54,584 nt of DNA. It comes from Nemertoderma westbladi (Eukaryota > Animalia > Xenacoelomorpha). Position 1 is the first letter of the stretch, and each line of letters begins with the position of its first letter. The notes under the pieces are model-generated. The model searched no databases. It was not told where the DNA came from and saw only the letters and a list, made by a program, of their open reading frames with translations. The stretch is from assembly GCA_032718475.1 (NCBI GenBank), contig JAUCBJ010006856.1, positions 1 to 54,584 of the forward strand. Reading direction: 5' to 3'. A program made the position numbers and the translations under genes. Below, in pieces: positions 11,545 to 23,500 of this stretch.

Positions 11545-14500
11545 GGTCTAAGTCACTGAATTAAGACATATTCCTTACCTGTCGTATGTAAGAAAATTTT
11601 TAGTTAGTCGTTTAATTACACACAGTCTGCTTACAGTTGGCGGCGTTTTTAACTTTTTAAATATATAGTATATGGCATGGAATTTAGCAGAACAAATAGA
11701 CAAGAGACTAAAAAACAGAACAAAAAAATAATGAGTTTACAATTATTTATTGTTTATTATTATTTGGCTATATATTTTACCTCTTATTCAGCCGATATGC
11801 GTCTCCCGGGAGACCCGTGATGCTGACGGTAACGTGACCTCGGTTGTCATGGGTTGTGAGATATGGGATGATTACTGTAACACAATCCCCCCCGAACTGG
11901 AATTGGTTGAGTGCAGCCACGATTTCGACAGCGGCAATACAACCTGCACAAACTGCGGATTCACTCCCATGGCAACCATTGCCATAGCAACCTGTATCAA
12001 AAGGTATAACATTCTCTAACTAATTGTAATTTTATATGCTTAATGTTTGTATTTGTTATCCACAGTATTGTTATAAACAACACACAACAAAAAGCAATGT
12101 TTGGAGAAAAACGCCTTAGTGTGGATCCCATATCCTAAGTTTTTGCACAGAGGTCTGGGGGAAGACACAATGAGTAATTTTAAAATATGGGCTGGCTATT
12201 ATAATGTAATTTGTATTGAAAAATAACTGTTTTTTGGTGATCCTTTATAGAGGCAGAACAACGCATAAAAATTACCATTACTCTTTTAGCTGTGATTCAA
12301 GTATTACTCTTATCAAAATTGGCGATTATGACCCTCCCCATGGAATACTAAATATAGATTTATTATCTATATTTAGTATTCCATGCCATGCCCTCCCCTT
12401 TTATTAAATCGATATTACAAAAAGGAAACAGTCATTCCAACTTGTCTGCAGTATGAATAAAAAACATTCCAAGAAGCGAACTATTAAAGTATTACAAGGC
12501 AATAAATTAATAAGACCTAACCTTGTGCCTGCAATCGCAGTAATTAGGTTACGGCAGTCAACTAAGTCGCATTCAGGCATTCGAGTTTGTTTCTTATTCC
12601 CGAAGCTACTGGAAGCATTCTCAAGAAGCCACTAGCCATGCCTGGAATTACACTCTATTGTAGTTGTAGACTATAGTGAAGTCCCAGATGGAAACAGAAA
12701 TTGTAAGGACTATCTAACAGTCTAATATGAAGACTACTGTACAGACAAAGAAACTTATTTATATCTACGTTTCTGGCCTACTGTATTTTCCTGTCGGAGT
12801 GGAGACATCACCTGATTCACAATATTGTTTGACGGGTGACGATGTTTTATTGTGGTGTTCTTAGGGTTCGATAGTTTCACTTAGATAACTTCTTTACTTT
12901 TTACCGGTACCCAAATTGGCAGCCAACAAAACGTGCTTACTTACTAAATGGTATACTGTACCCAAGGCGACTGTACCTATCAGCCTATCTTTATCAATAA
13001 ATCAAATTAGATGTATCATCATATGGAGGGAAATTCAAACTGTTATCATTTGATTATTTATTATTTTCTGGTTTTTCTGCACAGGTTCTACTGGCAGACT
13101 GGTATCAGGCTGACAGAGTAGCTACACATTAGCCAGTTAATTTATTAGGCCTACGAAAGTACTAGAGATCGGGTGTTATGAAATAACAGACTGCAATTGC
13201 AATAGGGTGGCTGAGTAGAGTCTGAGAGTGGAGAGTGATAGTCTGATAGCCCATCTGCCCATTCCGTCTACCGACCAGTCAAGTCAGCAGTCAGCCAGTG
13301 ACCACGACCAGTCCATTATCCCTGTCTGTATCACTGTATGCAGGCGAGTTTTTTTTTACATTTACCTAAGCCTCGCCTAAGCGCCTACCATTCCAAAAAC
13401 CACTGCATTATACTGTTATAACGACACCCCCATCACTTATATACTGACTAACAGACAGCATAATCTATAACACATGTCAACCTTCATTTATTGTTTTCGT
13501 CCCCCAACTCGCCTCTAACCTCTAACCTAACCTGCTCCTTTACTTTGCTAGGCCTATAGCCGCAGCGCCGCAAGTCTATTATCAACCAGACGAGAAACCA
13601 GACAGCCAAGATCAAATATACTAATATAATATAAAAATGCAGTACTGGGGCACTGCTGCACTGGGGGTTGGGTTTTCGTTATAATGCAGTGGTGCCATTA
13701 CCGGGATGTTTCTAAGACTGTAAGACACGTAGGTAATCTAGTACACCTCTAGTACACATCTAGTACGTATAACGTAATGTAGGCCTAGTACATTACGTAT
13801 AAAGTTACGTAATATAATAACGATATCTACTGTCATTGTTTACTTATTTTACCCAGTAACCCAGATCCGGAACTGTGGCCCTGTGCAGGATTCACTAACG
13901 AACGGCTCTGGTGTTGGACGTGCCACGATGCTCCTAACATTACCGAATGCTTCGACGGTGGCAGTTTCCAGCCGTGTTCCGGTACCGAGGTAGGCTTACA
14001 TTCTAGGTGCTAAACTTTACCTGTACGTAGTGGTAGCGGCATAAACAACAGTGTTTATGGCCGTCTGTTTATAATTTAGAATTTTATTCCACTATTTTTT
14101 CCTACTAATACATAGAAGCATTGAAACAAAGGCAACTTATTTTCCAAAATACTGCGCCGCTGATTTTTTCCTTCAAATAGTAATGTATACAAAGATTACA
14201 AAACTTAACGTACTGAATTGTTTTAACGTATTATTTTTCGCAGCCCATATGTTACCTGGAGACGAGGTCTAACCTCACGGACCTCGGAACGCCCCCACAG
14301 TTCAACATGCAGTGCCAGACGACGGACTGGTGTCGGAGATTCAACGGTGATCTGGGGATAGTCTGCGATCGGCTCGCCGACTCCGCAGAGGTTGAAATAT
14401 GTCGCCAGTGCCGGTATTCCTTGGCCGCTGGGATACAATACTCCCAGTGCAAGGTTAACGGTAAGTCTACCCAGTATTAGGTAGACTTACAGAAAAGCTA

Positions 14501-17500
14501 AACAGTTGAGCAGTTCTAAACTAATTCTGTAGGTTATAATCCCAACACTGAGTTTCAGAATATCGGCCTGTAATTTCATACTATACTATGTAAAATAATG
14601 GGGGGGGGGGGTCAAAAGGATGTTAAATTCTCAATTTAGAGAAATGATTTGATTATTTCTGATAGTAATCAGCTGTTATTTGCGTCCCATGCAGAGGGAT
14701 TAATATTTATTGCGTCGAAAGTCGATTGTCTATCTTATAATTTGTTCCCAGAGATGGAATGCGAGCCGGGTATACTGAACCCGGAGGCAATTAAACCCGA
14801 TAACTTTAGCGAGGCAATGTTTCCACCACAAGGCGCGGGTTGGCCGGCTTATAAAGGCAATCTAGCCACCCGTCTGGTTACCTTCGATATGGGAAACAAT
14901 GTACAGGTGGGTTTATTTACATTATTTTATTTTTAAGTTATTATTATTTTCGTATATAACGCAGTGCTTCCCTTAATAAATTTAAGAATACCATAGTGGG
15001 CTGGGCATCAGTGTGCTGTTTAAGAAATTTGCGTTGTTTTTCATATTGTGCTGGTAAGTGGTTTTACCAATAGATCTTTAAACATAAATTGTAGCGGTTT
15101 TACTAGAAAGGGACATTATTTCGTCGATTTTGAAGGATTCTAATAGATGATTTTCTGGAAGGAAGTTCCGGGGATATGGAACTTTTAATAACACCGTTCT
15201 GGGGATATGGAACTTTTAATAATACCGTTCTGGGGATATGGAACTTTTAATAACACCGTTCCGGGGATATGGAACTTTTAATAACACCGTTCTGGGGATA
15301 TGGAACTTTTAATAACACCGTTCTGGGGATATGGAACTTGTAATAACACCGTTCCGGGGATATGGAACTTTTAATAATACCGTTCTGGGGATATGGAACT
15401 TTTAATAACACCATTCCGGGGATATGGAACTTTTAATAACACAGTTCCGGGGATATGGAACTTTTAATAACACCGTTCTGGGGATATGGAACTTTTAATA
15501 ACACCGTTCCGGGGATATGGAACTTTTAATAACACCGTTCCGGGGCTATGGAACTTTTAATAACACCATTCCGGGGATATGGAACTTTTAATAACACCGT
15601 TCTGGGGATATGGAACTTTTAATAACACTGTTCTGGGGATATGGAACTTTTAATAACACCGTTCCGGGATATGGAACTTTTAATAACACCGTTCCGGGGA
15701 TATGGAACTTTTAATAACACCATCTCTGATGAGTAATCTTCTGTGCTGAAAATACGAGCATACAAATTGTTGAGTGAAAAGTTGTGTTCTCGCAGTTGTT
15801 ACCTGCCCAGCCCATCAAAGTTGTATTTTTGTTTTATAATTGAAATTAATTTCTCAAAATCTGTCTGTAAAGTTTGTGCTGGATAATTCAGTCGGGTTTC
15901 ATGAATTTATTTTTGAAATTGACATGAAAAAAATTTCGAAATTTCCAAAATTCAAAGTTTATATTTAAAATTTTTTTTTTTAAATTTTTTTTGTTCAAAA
16001 ATTAAAATAAATATTTTATTTTATTAAAATTATTATATTATATATTTTTATCCCTAAAATTATAAAACACTAATCTGCAATCATAATGGCCTTCAAATCC
16101 TCCATCTTTAACAACAAACTTAGATGTGAAGTACAAACAAGTAATTTTATATACTAAAGCATTATGTGTATGCAGTTACAGCATAGAATATGGATAACCT
16201 TTTCTTTGACAAACTTACAGATTATGACAGATAAAATCAGTTTGAATTTCACTCATTCAATAATATTTAACCAACTTTTGAAACAATTAAAATTGGCACA
16301 ACTTTTTAAATCCGTTTTACTCAGCAGAACTATCAATTTACTTTAATGTCCCTTTCTTCAAATACCGCCACAAATAATCGTTTAGACTTACCGGTAAAAA
16401 CCGTTGATTCGTCATAAGTGTTAGTTAAACAGTGAACTATGTGAACAGTGAACTGTGTGAACTACATAGTGAAATATTTTGGAACTGTAAAATTCGTTTT
16501 AATTAAACTTTATCCTCTTATGAATAATTATTTCCTTGCAAATAGATACGATGTTCATAAAAGGGCGCGTCGTGATTTTTCCGTTAGACTAATCAGTTAG
16601 ATTCCGTTAGACGTTAATACAATTTGTAACAGTCTAGCGGGCAATAAGTTAACAACAACACTGTATTTAGTTTTATTACAAAATGTTAACATTGCGGAAC
16701 GATTGCTGACGGAAATCCGCATTGAAACTGTCGTTGTTAGTTCTTGTTAAAATAAGCGAAACGAGGTATTAAATTATATAGCATCGAAGTAAAAAAAGGT
16801 TTGGACCTAATACTGAAAGATCACATGTTACGTTTTATCGAATGCAGTTGCCTGGCTAGTAGTTGGTGTGTAGTTTCATTAATTAAAAAACAGCTGCTTC
16901 ACATTATTAGCATTTTGTATTTCAGGTGTTCGGTGTGTTGTCTTGGTTACGAACTGTTCTTACCACAAGCAGACCTTTGGAGACTATAAAATTTCGGGTG
17001 CTCTGGAGGCCAGACAGCATGTATGTTCGGTGGTCCGAATTCACCAAGGACAATATCATTGAGTATCATGAGACACTGAACACGTTGATGACATGCGGTG
17101 ATGAAAACTGGAAGGTGAGACAGTTGTAGTACCGGTACTCACTTACAATAATGAGTCCCGGTACGAGGATACGGCCGGGGTGTTCATTGCAGGCTTCTAA
17201 TCCGTTTCCATCGACATTCTGACTCGAGTTGTCGGGGATTCCTGGAGGTTTGGCACGTGGGAGGTTTGGCATACATTCCTTTGGAGGGACTTCCTGAATG
17301 TGGATTGGGGGAGCTTTTTTGCTCAACTTATAATACTATATTTAAATTTGGAAATTGAAAGAGTTATTAACTTTATTGCAACTTGATAACATTTCGTATT
17401 TTTCCAATCAAAAGATACTGTTTTTATTTTTTGTGTTTCATGCAACATCCTTTAATAAGGTACCATCCGACTGGTACTTATAGGTATTTCATGGAATAAT

Positions 17501-20500
17501 CTTGCTATTTTTTACCGGACTCATCTACGAAAATCCTCGCGGCGGTCGGATTTAAATATAACTCCTACGGTAGTAAAATAAAGTGCTACATTATTCGCCA
17601 TGCTAGTTATTTTTTGTGATTATTATAGATTTTTGATGGAACGACGATGTACGGTGAGAAGAATGAAAGTAAACTACATGAGTTCGAGTTCCCAATTCTG
17701 GCGAGGTACATATCCTTCTTTATGGACGAGTTCACTGAAGAAATTCTTATGTCGTTTGCGATATTTGGATGCGATGTGGTTCCTTCAAGTAAGATGAATG
17801 ACTGATTCATGAGTCATGGCAACATTATGGCAGCCAAATGTCTTATATAAACAAAACTAATTACTAAGTTCTAGAAATCCTTAAATGTGGTCTAATGTAA
17901 TTTATTAATAATAAAAATATTTTTTCTTAAATTTAATATTTTAATGTCTATGGTCGTGGGGAATTAAAGCAGATTGAATAAAAGTAGATTTAAATAGTTT
18001 TAGGAGTGCAAATGAATTATTAACATTCTAGAATATGGAGATTGTTCGACCACTTTAAAGGTCGTGAAGTATATGGACGTCGATGATAACTCGATGCCGG
18101 ACCTCGGGTTGGGTGAGGAAGGTGAACCATTCCATACAAACTTCGACACGGGACAGATCCTATTGGATGAGGTTTATAACATCACATCAATAGTCATTCG
18201 GTTAGTAAATCTGTTTCATTTACAATGTTAGTTTCATCTCACACGATTAATTACGATTAATTAATCACTTATATTACATAATACATAGCCATCATTATAA
18301 TACACCCCCACTCAGCACATTATACAGGGTCAGCGGTCTACATCCCGATTATTCCACAAAATTACATTTTTAACCAAACCGACGTTTCTGGAATAAAGGT
18401 TTGACCTTTGCCCTACAAATACATAAATGTAAGTTAAAATAAAAGTAATCCATTTTCTAAAAAATGACAAACATTCTCGTTCGGAATAGGCGGACCATAG
18501 GAGTGACATATTAGATACTATTAAGTAACTACAGTATTTGAAGATTGCCGTCTGACAAACCTTAAATTGTTATATTTATTATGATTATCTGTCTGTGAGA
18601 AACCATAAAACTGTAACCACCTGTAACAATGTGTTTATTACAGGAAGGTTACAGCCAATGACTGTTAAACACGTAATGTGCAGTAATCTTTATTAATGAT
18701 TACGTTTGATTACGTGTAAGTATCAATTCGCCAATTTCTATCTTCTAGAATTCATAGAGACACGTCTCCCAGTGATTCCATATTTAATTTCACGGCTGTG
18801 TTCCTTACATACCCTACAGATGAGTCATCGGCACACATGTTTAACAATGAGGAACATTTGGTTCCATACCAGAACGGCATTATAGATCCGCTGGTAAGTA
18901 ATAATTTATTATTTTTTGAAACGTTTTAATATCTCAATTTGTTTACTTTATTAGGAGGTTGAGTTGGTTCAAGTGAGAAATATTATATATGGTAGCGTTA
19001 CTACGTATATTTATACTACTAGCAACTAAATGACCAAACAATGACCCTAAATATGACATTAATGGTGATATCGTCTGATATTTTATTGTGACCCACGTAA
19101 CCGAATATTCTGTATATAAATTCATATAATATTCTGTTCACAAACGCATAAAGTATCATTGCGTTTATTGCGATAAGTTATTTTGGTATCAAGGAGATCT
19201 AAAGACTCACATCGTTTTTTCCATAAATCTATTAATAAAATATAAATGCGGCAAAAAAAGCTTGCAAAACACAGTTTACACATGAAGAAGATTTGAAAAT
19301 GCACTTTGACTGTGTAATCATAAAGGTAGCCAACATAAATGCGGACGGACATTGTGAAGTTAATACAGCTATACACAGTATCTATTGGGCCACATTGAGA
19401 TACATTTTTACATTGTTCTTCCTACTCATATATAGAAGGTAGTAGTGCAGTATAGCAGACTTTGACGTGGTAAATCAAAATCATGTGCTACATCTGCTAC
19501 ATGTGCTGAGGGTGTTGTAGATATTGTCAGCGTAACGTAACAGCCGAAGAAACAAATTGTTTGTTATTCGTATTATAGTACACCTGAAGCTGTAGTTTCT
19601 GCTGTAGTAGAAGTGAAGCAATAAGGAAGTAACAATTGTTGCTCCTCATCTGGTACAGGTACAGGCAATCAATCCTACATCTTTCTGTGTTACAAGGTGA
19701 CGTAAACCAGACCACGTCTGGGTTGCAAGATACCGGTGTTAATCCTTACTATGTCTGGGTTGCACTTGCAATATGCCAGTTTTAATCTTTCTACATGGGT
19801 TTCACTACCCGGAGAATTATTTCGAAAAATACCGGAGACCAGAGCCGGAGATCAGAGACTTTGCTTATTTATGTACTTACAATTTGATTACTCCCCTATA
19901 GCACAAACAGGTACATATGGACTGAGAACAATTTTTCTATGGTTCAATTACAGTAAAGTAAATTCAACCCATTTTAACCCTTACCCATTGTAAGAAAATA
20001 AGCGCACGTACAGTTTGGGGGGCTTAATTAATATTAATTTGGTTATTTGTTTATTAATTCGTTCTTATTTTGTTATTGTTAATAATATGTTACTTAAATT
20101 TTGTTTTGCGCTATAGGTACCAGACCGGTACTTTGTTAATTAAAGGAACTTATTTTACAATTGTTCAAATCATATACATTTCAATGTACTATAAAGTTAG
20201 TCATTTACGAATACTTAGTGCACAGGTATAGTGCTCTACCCGCCCCATTTACAAGCATCGTTACGCTCGTTCATATCCTATAACAAATTGAATGGAGAAC
20301 AGCCCTCTCTTTCACTTTTAAACATTATGAGTGCTCAAATTAACCTTATCCTTAAGAACGACCTTTAGGTGCTAATTTAACTTAAAATTAAACGCACCTT
20401 AAATTAATTAAATAGAAGATTATCGGTACATTTATTAGAAATAGAAATAGTGTAAAAGTGAATATATAATTGCGTTGAAGCTAGGGGTGTGCCGGATATC

Positions 20501-23500
20501 CGGCCGGACCGGAATTCCGGCCGGATTTTGAGAAAAAAATCCGGTTCCGGCTCCGGCCGGATTTCAATTTTTTGGCCGGATTTCAATTTCAACGAATTGT
20601 TGACAAAATTTACAATTAATGTAAATTTAACAAAAAAACATCAAAATAAATTTTCTTTTAAATTCAAACAAATTTAAACATATGCAAATCCAATGCAATA
20701 CAAAACAATTATTTTCATAGTTTGTATCAAATTCATTCAAATCATAAATATGATAAAGTCTAAAGCAGAGCTATCATTTTATGATCATCTACATGCTGAG
20801 CTGACTGACTACTTTTTTTTGCCAATAATATTTGTATTTTGTTGGGCTCAGTCTCACTAACACTTAATATATAATAAATAGTACATCTATGCCCATATAC
20901 TTATCATAACTAGTCAATAATTATTATATTGTGGTCCCAGCGTGCAAGTGTTGATGTTAGGTCTAGGCATTGTTATAAATTGAGATTAAGCCTGTCGCTG
21001 TGAATGACCTGTTTGTTTATATATTCGACAGGCAATTTAGAAACTCTTAGTAAATCCAATTTAACTCAGAAAATATAAAAAAACTACAGCTACTGTATTA
21101 CTTCGTTCTATTTTTCAATTTGCAATTTATTTATCAAATCAATCCATTATATCAAATATCAAATCGTCGTAGGTTATGGTACAAAAATATTAGTTTCTCT
21201 CCACGATCCGGAAGTAGACGAGAGCGGTTCTCATCAAATACATTACCAGCCTCGCAGCCTCTACAAATATTCGCTCGGAATAAATTGAAGATGCTGCACG
21301 CTGGTGATACTAAATATACACGAACAAGTATTTGTAAATTAGTAAACGATCTTCTCGTCCCGTTTAGTTGGGGTAATTGACATACTTATCTACTTCTAAA
21401 TTCATAATATTATAAAGTCAAATTCCTTATCATGACCTTGCTGATCATGATCCAGCACGTTATCTATCGACGCAGTACCTAATGCCCAAAGGACCAAATG
21501 ACGTGGTACCCTCCCTCCTTCTAGTTATGTTCATGCATAAAGGTACCATATAGCTGATTCAAGGAAAAAAGTGGTGGTATATAAAAAATCCGGCTTTGGC
21601 CGGAATTCCGGCCGGATTTTTTTTTTACAAATCCGGCTCCGGCCTGGCCGGTTTGAAAATATTCAATCCGGCACATCCCTAGTTGAAGCGGTGTATGAAA
21701 AATAGTTAAAAATTAAAGAAATAATTATTTGTAAAAAATTTGTGAAAAATAATCTTCATTTCACATTTTGTGTTGTACAGGATCTATTTTTAAATATCTA
21801 TTTCTAGTCTGTCAAATCACTGATCTCTGGGTAAAATGTCTGTTTTCAATACCCGGGAACCAGAGACCTATCCGCGGAGACCAAAAAATAGCCCGGAGAT
21901 TCCAGAGATCAGAGATCAGTGACAAGTCTCTGTTTCAACTCTAGTAGGGACCTTATTTCTTCGAAACAAGATTATCTAATTTCCATTCGGGCTATCAGGT
22001 TTGCATCGCGCATCTATCAAGGTAGCATCTTATCTAGGGATGTGCCGGATTGACCTTTCTCAAACCGGCCAGACCGGAACCGGAGCCGGATTTGTAAAAA
22101 AAATCCGGCCGGAATTCCGGCCAAAGCCGGATTTTTTTATATATCACAATAACCATTTGCACCATAACCTACGCCGATTTGATATTTGCTAATTTTATAT
22201 AGATCATAGATCTAATGGATTGATTTGATGTTGTTAAATGTAAAATATGAAAATGAAATGAAATGAAATACAGTGAAAATTGAAAAATAGAACGAAGAAA
22301 TAATAGCTGTAGTATTTTTATACTCTCTGAGTTAACATCAACGCTTGCGCGCTGGGACAATATAATATTTATTGAATAGTTATAATTAGTATATGGGCTG
22401 GGTATACTTGTACTAATTCATTAAGTGTTAGTGGGGCTGAGCCATGCAGGTCATGCAGCGAGCGGATTGCTGAAATTAGCGGAGGCCGATCTTTTCCTAT
22501 TTATTGAACTATTTTCATAATATTTCCTTAGAAACTTATTTTATGCTACTTTGGTTAGGTGGATATGATGACTATGGTTCATAGAAATGTAATAAAATGT
22601 CTTTCTGGAATTTTTATCTTGTAGTTGCCAAGGTAACCGGGTGCGAACTTCAAACTTTGCGCGCCTGTATTTCAAGGCGACAATGGATTCTTCCCTTTGA
22701 GATTTGGTAGGTGATTAAAGGAAATAAAAGACTATCGAAATATTTCACATTTTAATTTGTTTACATTCCCGTTGCCATGGAAATAAGTATAATAAAAAAT
22801 TTGAAAAATTGTCTACCAATTCTATAAAACACCATTTTTATTCGGTTTGTCAGTCTAAATAATAAGTTAAAATTGCCAATATTTTATTTTATAATTCGAC
22901 AATTGTGAATGATATTTCTAAAAGTCAATATTTGCCAATAAACTAAACTGTCCAACCAGAGAGCAAGACCTGTGATAGCATGATTTTGACATTCCAGAAT
23001 ATTAAATTTCGAATAGCAATTTTTAGAAATAAAGGACAGCCACCAGGCATGTTTGTTGAAAATTATATAAGTTGTATATAGTAGCCCAATTTCTATCTGG
23101 CGGTCATAATGGGAAATTATCGTAATTCCCGTCACCATGGAAACGGTATTGAAAAAAAATTTTAATGTAAAATATTGTTATATACTTTTATTCCCTTCTC
23201 TCATATACCAAATCTCAAGAACAGAATCCCTTGTCGTTTTGAATTACATGCGATCGAAATTTGAACTTTGCACCCGGTTACCTTGGCAACTACAAATTTT
23301 GAATTTGAAAGAAAATTTATTTTGATGTTTTTTTTTGGAAATTTTATTTTATTTATTTTTTGCCTCTATCAGCCACCATGCTGTTATTTGCCTCTATCAG
23401 CCACCATACCTACATATTGTTATGTGCCTCTATCAGCCACCATACATAATGTTATTTGCCTCTATCAGCCACCATACCTACTGTTATTTGCCTCTATCAA

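Noticed and set aside
15165-15721. CRISPR-like appearance (31-bp unit with GTTCC/GGAAC palindrome)
   Set aside because: Units are head-to-tail with no unique spacers, there are no cas genes, and the context is a eukaryotic intron. The same applies to the 30-, 32- and 34-bp arrays. This array also carries no splice signal.
19800-21940. Possible older TIR element enclosing the hAT insertion (CCGGAGA/CAGAGATC motifs on both sides)
   Set aside because: Could not identify a matching left terminus or TSD.
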